A stretch of 64,000 nt of DNA, from positions 25,916,001-25,980,000 of the forward strand of contig CAIIXF020000001.1 in assembly GCA_903813345.2 (NCBI GenBank), given 5' to 3'. The position numbers and the translations under genes are program-made. Position 1 is the stretch's first letter. Every line of letters begins with the position of its first letter. The notes under the pieces are model-generated. The model saw only the letters and a list, made by a program, of their open reading frames with translations, was not told the origin of the DNA and made no database searches. This DNA is from Owenia fusiformis (Eukaryota). Below, piece by piece: positions 13,501 through 25,189 of the stretch.

Positions 13501-14380
13501 CCTTTGAGGTATTCACAGACTTTAACATACTTTTCAAGTGTCCATTACATTTTGGAATTGTTGGTTTAGTTTTTGGAGAAGATTCCCCATCTTCAAGTTT
13601 GATTTGAATTTTTGGAGGGGTTTGTTTAATCTTACCTTTCTTTTTGGGAGAATCCTTAGCAATTATATCAGTAGATGGAAGTTTTCTTTGTTTATTGAGG
13701 CTTTCAGCTAAAATATCACTACAAGTTTTTGTTCTTCCAATAACTTCCAGTTTGTGTGATGATCTATCCAAGTTTGCTTGCCTCCGCATTAATTTGCGTT
13801 TCACACTGTATGTTTTAAACATAGTAGCTGCAGATTGTACCACTTCATCAGTAGTTCGTTTTTTGCACTTTTTAAACATGTTGACAGCATTTACAAGAAT
13901 TTCTTCTTGTGTTTTAGTATATGAGATCTCACGGTCAACAGTTTGGAGTGGTTCATCTTGGTTTTTTATATCAGATATGATATCACTTAGAGACTCCTCA
14001 GAGCTGGACTGATGCATTTCCTCAGTGATACTTTTCTGACGTCTCTCAAATGTTTTTTTATTTGGGCTTTCAAGGCTTTCCAATGAGCTACAACTTGAGG
14101 TATCGTACCCAGTCGTTACTCTGTTAAAATCTTGTCCAATTTGAAAACCAGTCGTATTGGGCCAGGGTGGAATATCACCGTAGCTGGGACTCACTATGTC
14201 CCGACCTGTTCCACAACATTTAGTAAATACCCAGGCATCAAATGGTAAAATCTTTTTTCCTTTATGACGTGTTTTCCAATATCGTTTACGTCTTGTCTGA
14301 ATAGGCTCTTGCTTTAATTCATGTTCTTCAGACTGATCACTCCATGTTTGAGAACTATGTTGTAGTTGCAATGAATCCAT
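10577..14380 (-). CDS. 1267-aa uninterrupted S/T/N/K/D-rich ORF; probably a giant alternative first coding exon of dystrobrevin (donor at 10607)
   Basis: 3.8-kb open frame in AT-rich DNA, same strand as Dyb. Good start context (atcATGG). Phase-0 donor AAA|gtaaga just before the stop. No transposase, RT or other folded domain recognised. Confidence 0.85.
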   Translation of the reverse strand: MDSLQLQHSSQTWSDQSEEHELKQEPIQTRRKRYWKTRHKGKKILPFDAWVFTKCCGTGRDIVSPSYGDIPPWPNTTGFQIGQDFNRVTTGYDTSSCSSLESLESPNKKTFERRQKSITEEMHQSSSEESLSDIISDIKNQDEPLQTVDREISYTKTQEEILVNAVNMFKKCKKRTTDEVVQSAATMFKTYSVKRKLMRRQANLDRSSHKLEVIGRTKTCSDILAESLNKQRKLPSTDIIAKDSPKKKGKIKQTPPKIQIKLEDGESSPKTKPTIPKCNGHLKSMLKSVNTSKEQIVAEVVEKSVSKRDVMKWKSNSDAGRQMGMQKVLRLSDGEMNNNQDSDLCLGDSNARKLGDCCHSNSCLDSFDRKAYRMVSNTMSSINSSIEPNTTGTNKNEQSALINEIENHSRRTNTVGPNNGETQNIESINKNEQPTFVNDNEKIKNDNESSRLIQNSLKQTCIESKEQKVRFNSNENLSDSDIDHGFDNNDQKEKTSKTMCDTLKPIVQLEVCNSFDSGHMTDVSQTSVSPLSDDKTTCTTKQTSDTGGKNTEDVVTMRHGKYKRLNKLDSAIFEVTAEDILAQDVTCRCKEYQSIWERYTSGSGLKNVKPCIHDAKQINEQNCTIINPSYVSCVQYSCKSGIVESSPHFIRRDSDSTQTMSNNDDSSDTLVDSNCSISKSVNPFGSQSTLAHVSRVQDNSSGTLYSYGDLTSKESLQSIDSTREKKEKDKLPKGTKYPSACNNIEQQTHKKPQEDKLKNISHQKGFSINSEFLKNIDIGFAEDWEHSISICQPVGLSGNNDNSAANTSIAPHDLSKQHLLANEVNARLKRPNQGSKTDSDISSSDWNDTYLVNTIMNDDSQTSSLITLVDTQLPINHPAIIQPILVNARQNHTSDNYEECHAGPQGQPTVSPSSPSDEAVSREIFKALESLTKDKALSSKCHAKANRKAVTINCSLNRNIDKDMRNPLECKILAETKEDIHNEIDLMPSCLSEDIELLKERGLPIDCVRKQYNVSKSMPYVGDEPGRNSRSISPQHDTLYQSVLTGDLTDKNHQINPNHKSDFPIPRGVSLNIPNNKTIPKNSEINSQSSDGNMTLSTQSISGDRSHCSYKHVYSGSGINGHGLDNVVSTQPIMRLKSNRPEPASTINDTLRTCTFPIKSTSTYTDNTYPNPSTLTHSNCTSLLNGKDTTVAMQPIPGEHSHQEDNRLTFCSTGVVTQKSSSQNRVIGQLSEWFFKLQQADWMPLRARVKRQTKLISKVRQSIFIIS

Positions 14381-17300
14381 GATAGCTCATTTGTCCTTCG
14401 AAGACATCTAATATAAAGAGTAATTTTAATCCATGACACAGGAAGCTCATAAATTCATCATTTATCATGATTTCTCCTATAGGCTACATGTAATCTCCAT
14501 CGAGTTCAATGTTTTGCCATGTCATACCCTGATGAGGCTTATTTCGAAGAATTGCTCAGATCATCTTTAACAGTCGTAATAAAGTGGAAATTAGCTGTTT
14601 GTCCTGTATATGTCAACAGTATATACAAATGATAAGTAGCAATTACTTTAATGCCTGGATGAATCGATCATCATCTTGAACAGTTTTATCTTTTTTATAA
14701 GTAGATGAAAAAAAACATCACCCATTATTTCAAGGACTGAGATGTCCTTAAGCTCCTTCTCAATTCTAAATCATCTTCACCTCTATGTGCAATATTGGTA
14801 ATTATAAAAGTCACTGTTACATTTTTATTTGTTCCGCCCAAAGTCTGATCAAATATTGGCATTCCAATTCATTCCAGAGCAAACTCTGTAAATGTCAGTC
14901 CTTATCTCGGTAAAGATGTGTATCCTGAAAGTCTCAAATCAGATTCTCCGGGAATTCTAATTTTATCCAATATCTAATAAGTGTTCTGTTTCAATACATT
15001 TACTTGGAACTTCTTATTGATGTAACATTTCCAGGGTTGTAATCAAGTAATTTAGTAATGTCAACAAAATAAATCATCTATATACTTCATAGGCTTTGAT
15101 CTTGTCAAATATGTCCTATTATAGTACTAGCTTGTTTGACTTTATAGAAATCTGCTATGAATTAACGTTTGCACTGTTTATAAGTTACATCAACAATGAA
15201 TACACATCGATAACTTGTCCATCTTGTTTGACATACATCCACAGGTGTGTTCCCAACAAAGGATCAATAGTCAATATTAACACCAACAATATCGCTCTGA
15301 TCTTTGTAATTGTACAAGTGAATAGGTCTGCTTTATTGTTACTGTGTCCTTCCAAACAATCAATGTTTGATCAATTCCTCAATTGCATCTTAGCAGTCTG
15401 TCTAACTTACTGACGAGATCGACAGATACCCCCACAAGCAAAAACTGTTCACCAACACGGTTTAATCTGTGTTATGATGCCAAAACATTGCTATAAGCTC
15501 TAGAGCATTATTGAGTCTCAGATGTTATAGCAGTGTCATGATATTTCCATTTTTAATCATCAGTTCTGTAGAACGTAACCATATATGCAGATTAATGCTT
15601 GAAACACTGTAATAAATAGCTGTCACGCTAATTAATCATGCTTAGCTTTTATCCAAATTGATGCACAGAAGTAGACTAAGAGCACAAAAAGGTATTTGCT
15701 TCAACTGCAAAGTTGTGTACAATATTGGAATTGTAGTTTCATTGTCTTATACAGGGAAAGTGTTTAATAGATTTAGGCGTATGGTAAATCAAGGAGAAGG
15801 TGATGACATTATCCTAGCTGGTAATCCATTCAATATATCATCATTAGGATTCTTTTGGATCTGCTTTTAATCCTGCAGCACCATAGTGTCTGAGTACCTT
15901 ACTTTCAGAGTCAATCATTTGTCATATTCTCCATATGTAAAATATACTTACTCACTTTCTTTATATTCAATAATTCAACAATTTCCTACATATTTTTCAC
16001 ATATATAATAAATCTTCAATTGCCTTATTTTTAATCATCATTTCCTACATAAATACTGTACATATTCTTCCATAAATTGAACACACAGTGATCTAAACAT
16101 CATTATAAATATCGCATTTGAAGTGCAAAATGGCCATCTTGTAAATTGCCCAACATGCCCTAAACCTAATTAGATCTTGGCACAAATCTGCTCCTGATTC
16201 TGTGAAAACTCAAATCAAAAAGATGAATAGCTTTCTTGATGACAAAATATCTTGTGTCACCCACCCAGCCATACACCTGCATGCCTGCCTGCCTAGCAGA
16301 GCAAAATGGCAAAAGTCGATATAGCAATTTTCAAATTAGATAAAAACATCTATTTTCCAATATTTGCAATCCTCCTACATCCAAAATATATCTTCTCCAT
16401 CCTGTAACTTAACTATATTGACTTCATTACAATTGATTAAATATTCACAAGGTTTGATGGCGTGAGAGACCTCTAAAGTGTCTAAAGGACCATTGTGTGG
16501 GATACTCCAGGTTTATTCAAAGAGTACCTGAGAGAAGCCATACTTCACAGCTAAATGAGGAATAGTTGCAGATCCCATTAACCCATCTATACTCTAGGAA
16601 ATTGTCAATTTAATCAAGAAAATAAAACTGCTCATCTAAAAGGTTATGGGTTTATCCATTTCTCAATATCTATTCAAACCTTTCCGTTTATGGACAACTT
16701 CAACTGATTTTCTCAATCTAAGGCTTATGTCTTATGGAGAATATTTCATTATTTCCTCAATGTAGTGTTTTATTAATCTATAAAATGAAAATATAGCACC
16801 TAGTGTGTAATAAATCTAAGAGTCTAACATCTAATATTTCTGTTTTATTGCCCTAGATCTGTATTTTAGTTTGCATGCTTTATTCAGCCTTAATACAACT
16901 GCTAAAGTTAATTTCTGATGATATGCAAATAACCTTATGGTAATCAGCTAGCCACAAATGAGCTGAGCTAACAAGACTAATAGAGTAACATATCCCAACC
17001 TTGTCAACTCAGATCAACAGAATGATATCCCCGATTCTGCATATAAAAACATCATTTGAAAAAAACATCAGTGCTGAAACAACTGAAAATGTGCTTGATC
17101 ATCGTGAGTTGAAAAGTACATGGGTTTCAACTGAGTCTTACAAGAGGTCTTGCACTCGAGTTCAATACCTACTCTCAGATTCTAGGAAAGCGTGACATTC
17201 CTTATTTATCTGGCATGACACTTTAATATAATTACAAGACCAGTAAATATACTCAAGAGGAATGATTGATCCTCCAATAGTCTTACAAACGTATCTAAAA

Positions 17301-20279
17301 CATGGCGTGTCTATTTCAGCAGTATACCAACCATATTTACACACAATATGATAGTTTTATATTTAATCACTTTAATAGCGAACCCATTACACGTCGTGAC
17401 AAAATGTCAATTTCGCAATTACTTTTTTGATATGCTTGTCAATCAGAGTAATCACTGGAAAAATGTTTTATCAATTTTTGATCATCAGTTAATATTATGT
17501 GGATGAGCGTGTCATGCTATATATAAATGGGGGTTACAGACAATGGGATGTTACACTCAATAGGGTTACATATATAGAGGGTTACAAACTGGGGTTACAA
17601 CTTCAAAGTGCTACAGACAGTCAACATTTCACTCATTTCTATATAACCGGATAATGAGACTTTGTTTAATGGAAAACTAAACATCTATCTATCTGCATGT
17701 GACTTATTCCACCTAATCACCTGAGGGGGAAATACATCTCCCTCAAAATCATAGAATGGTTCAGACCATTGACTTTAAAAGGTCTAGACACTAGACAGCT
17801 AGGGCAGGTGCATTTATTATTCATATGCAATAAATAGAAGTGAATACCTGTAGACCACTAAATCGTAAACTAAAGGGTAGAATATAAGCAATCCAAAGCA
17901 AAACATTTTTTGAAATCAATATTGCCACAAATGATTTTCTATGAAATCAAAGCATTGATGTTCATAAGCCTTATAGACCCAGGTGCTCACAACTCTTTAA
18001 GTAATTATTTTACAACCATTTATAAAATATAGTGAACACTAAGCTCATGTGCCAAGGGCAAAAAATGATTCAAAACAGTATGCTAAAGATAAATAAATTA
18101 TTACTTAGAAGATCAGATTTTCTTGATTGCAATCTATGGCTACCATGTCATTTACAATCATTGGCAGACAATGGTTGCCAAGCAATGGTTGCCAAGCAAT
18201 GGTTGCGAAACATGTCAAACTCATTTAAGAACAAAAATTTCAAACCATAAATTTGACAAATCCTACATCATCTTATCAACTATTCAATAAAGTTTGACAT
18301 TTCTCACAAAAGCCAGTCGAAAAAATGGCGCCAATAATATTCTAGCATCCCTACTTCTACACGACAAGAAATTCCACATATGGGATCATGTAATAGAGTA
18401 AACCACACTCAAAGAACCAGAATGATGGCGCTACAAACACTCTAAATGGCACTAAAATATTATGACATGTAGGAATATATACTGAATTCAAAGTACCTGG
18501 ACAATATTTGCTTGATACTTGATCCTGAACTTTTAACCTTTCCCATTTAAGTACGAGTCACATGATATTGGAAGTAAGGGAATTTTTAAGTAGAAAGTAC
18601 ATTGATGGTATTACTCTTGGGAGGCCAGTGGGGTTGTTACCATATTACAATCAATATGTGTTGAACAATAGGCATATTTACTTATCAATGTCATCACGAC
18701 AAAACACAGCACAGCACATGTTGGCACAACATAAAACCTCATCACATTTAATTGCTCAATGGTGACTATACATTGGCTGTATTCCCATGAAATTGGTACA
18801 TTTCTACAGTAACCAATAGAAAATCTACGGTCACCTTCCGGTCTCAATACGGCTTATCCAGTTGTTTACTGGCTGTAGAGTCTCCATAGATATCATAACT
18901 CAGGTTTTTTTTCATTGCTACAGTCACATTAGAAGTAAAACAAAAGATGTAGCAAAACCTAAGCAAGGTTCCAGAATCCGTTGAATAACATTTGGCAAAC
19001 AGCCTGAACAAAAATCTTCTAAGAAAAACACTTTCAAGTTTAATAACATAATAAATAATTCATATATTCATAGAATTTTTTTCTCCAAAATATTTCAATC
19101 AGAATAGTCATATAAACTTGTATAATTTACACTGAAAACAACCCTGAGATAATTGATGTCATTATTTTCCAATAAAAATCAGTGGTAATGGATTAGGACT
19201 CCCTTGTAGCTGGTAAAACGTACAACGACACATAATTATTTTTTCTACAATTCTTTAGTATTTTTTCATCAAACATGAAAGAAAAAACTATTGAAACCAT
19301 GAATGCCAACTATCCAATTGAGTAAAAGAGATGCACATGTATATATAACACCTTCATTATGTTAGACAAGATATGTTTGTCACTAACACAAGGGTGGATA
19401 TCATATAAATGGGTGTGAATGGTCAATGGGGATGTTTAACAGCCAAGTGATCTTTAATCAAGCATGGCAGAAATCAATACAGAATATTCTATCCAATTTA
19501 ACATTAACACTGCTCTAAAAGAACATGAGACAACATAATAAAGCAGTTTCTTATACAAATTGCACGTTTTTGCAATTGGATATATTATCGAAGCATTTTT
19601 TGTTATGAAACATCATTTTGTAACCATGAGAATTATATTTTATGAGGGCTCAACAGGAAATCATATGTAAGACAAATGTATTTACGACAAAATTCATTAT
19701 TTTGTCCATAATTAATTATGGGTTTAAGCTTGCATGCCCATTTTGTAACATATAGAATAATAGGCGATGTTATGTCTCAAAACATTCATTTCCGATATGT
19801 AACAGTTCAATGTATGGCATAATTCTTTAAGGATAATCCTTGAGAAGAACAAAGCTTAAGACAATTAGCTTTTATGGCAATGTTTTCTTGACAGCAACAT
19901 TCTTCAACATTCCAATATTAGGATGCAATTATCATCTCAAGCCTAAAGAGCAAATCAATTAAAACAACACAATATCATATTCTAATAAAAATATGAGAAT
20001 TCCAGCACTTCATTTTGTTTTCCTGAGGATTTCAAAGAAAAGCCAATTTCAACTTATTAATGTGTTTAAGCTTAAGGATAACACCATTGATTTTCTACAA
20101 GCAATAATAAAAATTAACTTCAACTTCAGACAATGTCATCTAATAATGGCATATTCAGGCCCTCTTTCTGCCACACTAGAAAGAATCTGATAGAAAACTT
20201 TGATCTTTAAGAAGGCGGGAAGCACTGAGCTGAGAGACCTTTCCTTAAGTAGACAATGATACCATTGATGTTGTTACTT

Positions 20280-20430
20280 GACAATGGCGTCACAACTTAC
20301 CAATGACAATGGCGTCACAACTAACCAATGACAATGGTGTCACAACTAACCAATGACAATGGCGTCACAACTAACCAATGACAATGGCGTCACAACTAAC
20401 CAATGACAATGGTGTCACAACTAACCAATG
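20280..20430. repeat. 25-bp tandem repeat x6 (gacaatggcgtcacaactaaccaat)
   Basis: Six near-identical adjacent units with no spacers. Confidence 0.95.
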
Positions 20431-23400
20431 TACAAAACAGAAGGGATACTATGTGAATCCCTTATATGTACAGTATGATTCATTTGGGAGTCTAGACAAG
20501 GCACTCAGGATCAGAACAAATGCATAAATTCTCTCAGTGAATTATAACCACATTCTTTTAAACGAACAATATCAATTACTAATGACTTACAGGAAAAAAC
20601 ATTCTTTCTGTATCATATATAATTTCTTTGAAATCGAAACTATATTTCCGGAGGGAAGCAAGAAGTCAAACAACAATTTTATGACTTATTGGGAAAGTCA
20701 TATTATTACAAATGATGATCATGTTATCCTGTATGTATGATAGTTTCCTGCAGCTATAATGTCATTAAACACAGAACATCAATTTATAATGAATACCCAT
20801 TTGCTAATTAATTAAATCCCCTATAGTATAAGGCACATACAGGTACATGTAGTATCTACTGAATCTTGCCAAAACACTTGTTTTGATATCTCTCTACAGT
20901 TTTTCATTAATACTTTGGCAACACTCAGTATAATAAATCAGTTAAAATATTATAGCAGTAATGCATGCATGTATAGTATGTCATGAATGCAAAAAGTAGG
21001 TGTGAATTATATTGTGCTGCAATATAAAACAAAATTATTAATAGCTTGACATGCATTATTGATTTCTTGTGAATCAAAATGCAATAGAACCGTGCTATAT
21101 CACATAACTATGCATGGTTAATAAAAAAAACTCAAAAAGATTTTAAGCACAAGCGTCATAGGATTGTGGCTAATAATGCATTTGTTTCTTGTTTATAAAA
21201 GCATTTGTATATTTAGCCTTTAATCAGCCTACACGTATCAGTTTAAGCTAGAAATAAAAGATCATTGTCCTATATATCACCTATGAAATGGCATTTTGTG
21301 GATATACACAATTGGATATATATTTCTAAAATGTGTATTTTAAACCAAGCAAATAGCAATGTGTAATGTAAACCTCCCCATCTAAACCCAAATCAATGAA
21401 ACAAGCTCAATCTAGCAAAATGTGTAACCAAAACTGAAGTGATATAATCTAATCTACCTTAATATATACAATATGTGCCACATTTAGTTTTTACCATCTA
21501 GGCACTTTTTATGATACTCTAAAAATCAATCCTATCTTTATCTACAGATTTAGGAATTTTTTGTTCAGCTTTATATGTCTGACTTATTTTCAAATCTAGA
21601 GTTGGATTAAGGATGGACTTGAGGATTAGGTAGTTAGTATTCGTCACATTGACAAAGAATGAGGCAATTTGTAGCAAATCAAATTTCCTAATTGAATAAG
21701 GCTATATGAGATGCCTTATCAGTATGTATCTAGTGACCACAAATTAACATTCTTTCCACATGCAATCTATCTTTATTCAAAAAATGTTTCAATGACAGTT
21801 GTAAACATGTCGCTTGTGTATTAGATGAAAATCTAAGGACTAAATATCCTGTAGAAATTTTCACATCTACTTTCTTTTTCTCATTGCCCGGGTCTCATTT
21901 TCTAACTCTCTCAAACCAGTGGCCTCTTAACACTAAAGCAATACACACTTCAGTTTTGAGAATTTTGTACCCAACAGAGAACAAATCCTGTTGATGACAA
22001 TATACTATTAAAGGGTTACTTACGTTCTATTATTCTCGATTATTTTAACCTTTTTTATAAGAATCACACCATTAGACTTAATCTCTATGGAAATACAAGG
22101 AGAGAGCAAATAATACATTCTTATTAAAGTTTTTCCTCTTCTAATTCTAAGCTACTCATAAAACATGGGCTACACTGAAGCCGTAATTGGAAAAATAAAT
22201 TCTCTCGAGAAATAATCAAAAGTCGATATTAAACAAAATGCATTTGGCCATCTTAACCAGCAAGAAATGAATGTAATCTCAACTTAATGTTGTTTTTCTA
22301 GACTGCTTTATTAGTTACACTTAGATTTGCTTTGGGACAAATCTCATATATCTTGTTGAAGCTCATAAGTTTATGAAGATATCAGCTATAGATTGATCAG
22401 AGGATCACACGTTCAGTTATCAATAATTCATAGTGATCTATATGACACCAAGGTCAGCACAACCCTAACAGACAGCTACCCTTTCAAAGAGTGGTTCAAT
22501 TTGTCTCTAATTCTTCGAAATGTTGGGTTTTGATCTTTATTAATCTTGCAAACAAATTATCTTTGAAAACTAGAAAAGCAGCAACTTCCTGGATTTGCCA
22601 ATAACCACCAGACATGCAAATTAAGCAAAGGCCATTTGACTTGAAAATCTACAAAAACAGCAAATCCTCAGAGTAGCAAATCCCATCAAACCTACAGATA
22701 AGCAAAGGACAAAGGACCCCCAAATCTAGAAAAACAGCAAATACCGAGAGTAGCAAATCCCATGGAACCTGCAAACGGACAAAGAATATAAGACCTGAGA
22801 ATAATAATCTGTAGTAGTCAGAGGTTAAAGTACTGGAAGATACTACAAAATCATACCACCCTGTAGTCACTCAAAAGCATCAACTTTTAAACTTGGTATC
22901 CTATAACATGTGTAAGAATTTGAAAATATCTGACATGTGGTTTTTCTTGAATTGTGATGACAAAAAAGGACGACATCACATTCACGACAACGCTATCATC
23001 ATGGAAAGCAATTTTATGGACAGATATTTTGTGTCTGAGGCACATTCATTAAGTACCTTTTATCAGTACAGATCTAATGTATGTCATTTGCCATCAGATG
23101 CATACTGGTTATTGAGTGGAAAATCCAAATGAATAGCAACTATTACTAAACTGAAGGAGGTGATAGAAAAGGAAAAATCACACATAGCTAATGAGTTGAA
23201 TACAAGCTAAACTAAGTTATTCCTACTTTGACTCATTTTCCAATCTTCCTGTAGACTACTATATCATCAAAAGTGTCTGATGATGGTCAATCTGACATTT
23301 TCTGAAAAATCTAAATCTACACCAACACTTTCCCCAAAGAATAAATCCTATTTGATATTGGATTTATGCATAATTAACCATTCAATCAGACTTGAGCTTG

Positions 23401-24617
23401 TAAAAAGCCAAAAATCAAATACCAGGGCATGTATTTGACTTTCATTATCTATTTTCACAAGTTTATGCATTATTCATATTTCCCGAGTTCAAGGTACCTT
23501 TTTAATTCAAAGTCTTACAATGTTACATAAGTTCAAGCAATAACATTCTTAAGATACACTACATGAAATTAATATTTCATTTGGCACTTTATTCTTAGAA
23601 AAAGACAACATACTCATAACCTATTCTTCCGCCTGATCAATATTTCTCGAAATGGCCCTGATTTTTGCCAGATGTAATACCTATGGATCTTTTGCTCCTA
23701 GTGATAACATCTGACATATGCCTATGAAACACAAAGCTTTAATCAACAGACAAAGACCATAAAATAGTAATTTTCAAATCATTTAGTAACGTTCAGTATG
23801 CTATTCATTTATTTTTCATTTGGTAAACGTATGTTTATGGCATATCCTAATGCTCGTTACTTGTCTTACAACAACAAATAGATAAACAAATAGATTTACA
23901 ATAATGAGCCCATATATTTCCAGAAAAGAGAAATTAAATATATTTAAGAGTGTGTTTGACATACAGAGTGACCTTTCAAACAATTTTCAAATCATTTTGG
24001 ACATAATTCCTTATTTTGCCCACTCTTTCACCAAACGATTACCCATAACTTTTCACTTATATAATTATTTAAGAATAAAACAATGATTAATAATTCATTT
24101 ATGTGCTTTATATATCATTTGGGAAATGGATTGCTATACTATTTCAATATATTTCATTTAAGCCCTTAGTATGGAATTTTCCCCCTTATGTCGCACTGAC
24201 TTATACAATTTCCTTTTATCAAATAGATGAAGAAATAACTGACTTTTCCATTTGGAATTATACTTAAGTATCTCAAATAATTGCATAATCTATAAAATGC
24301 CACATTAATTTTGAACTCTACTCAAATATAAACTGAAGTGACATCTTTCTGAAGTCTTGCTCAATAAATGGCAAAATGTGTAATAAAGTTAACTTCTTTC
24401 CAATTATCAACTGATATGCCATCTTTGTGAGAGAATGAATGCTGAAGCGATTCAATACACCATTCAAAGGTGTCCAGCAGAAAAAACGTTTTCACAAACT
24501 TTGCTGTTTGTGTGCGAGGCCCAAATTCAGATTTAACTCCTGATTCCTAATAAATGATAAATATGTGATATTGTCTTTCATAAATGCAGTCTTCTCATGC
24601 ATTCTATATATACTTAC

Positions 24618-24720
24618 AGTGTTATGAGCATCAGCAGCAAGTCTGGCAGCGTATCTGGCTATGAGACGATGTTCATCATCTATTCTGTTAGAGTCTAAAC
24701 TGTTGAATCTGCTATTTGGA
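24618..24720 (-). CDS. Dyb: Dystrobrevin coding exon 11, syntrophin-binding region (SPNSRFNSLDSNRIDDEHRLIARYAARLAADAHNT)
   Basis: ORF track 24492..24734; tttcag acceptor, gtaagt donor; 103 nt, ends in phase 0. Confidence 0.95.
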
Positions 24721-25189
24721 CTGAAATTACACAAACAAAAATAACAATGAGATTTCCCTTTTCATATTTTTCAACTAATAATTCCTCAAGTTCTATAATA
24801 AAATATTAGTGGCTACAAATAGTTAGATCGCTGTACACTATCTGTAAAATATGGATCCCCAAAGTGCAATTGTAAATGATAACAATAATACAATCATTCT
24901 AGAAATCAATGTTATAGATTGTTGAATTCCTTTGAGCTTTTTATCTTGTCTACGACTGCCTATATTATTCTAGACAGAGAGCACCTTAGCAAGATGTCTA
25001 GACCGCGTAGAAAACAGTGAAAATGTGCGAATGACTTACTTGTTTTATTTTAAAGCCCCAATGACTTAATAGTGTAAATGCATCTAAATAATTGCAATAC
25101 ATTTAAATGCCTGACTGCATTGCTTATAGTTTAAAAATCTCCTAATAAGATTGCCACTGTATTATCAAAACATAAATAAGTTAAGGTCA

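Noticed and set aside
12109-14012. Short ORFs overlapping the giant ORF (antisense or alternative frame)
   Set aside because: Expected shadow ORFs of a long coding sequence.
10577-14380. Giant ORF as a retrotransposon or viral ORF
   Set aside because: No RT, integrase, gag or transposase motifs seen, and no LTR, TIR or TSD around it; the composition is that of a disordered host exon.
20280-20430. CRISPR-like appearance of short repeats (also 29448-30520)
   Set aside because: Units are adjacent with no unique spacers, there are no cas genes, and the context is eukaryotic.
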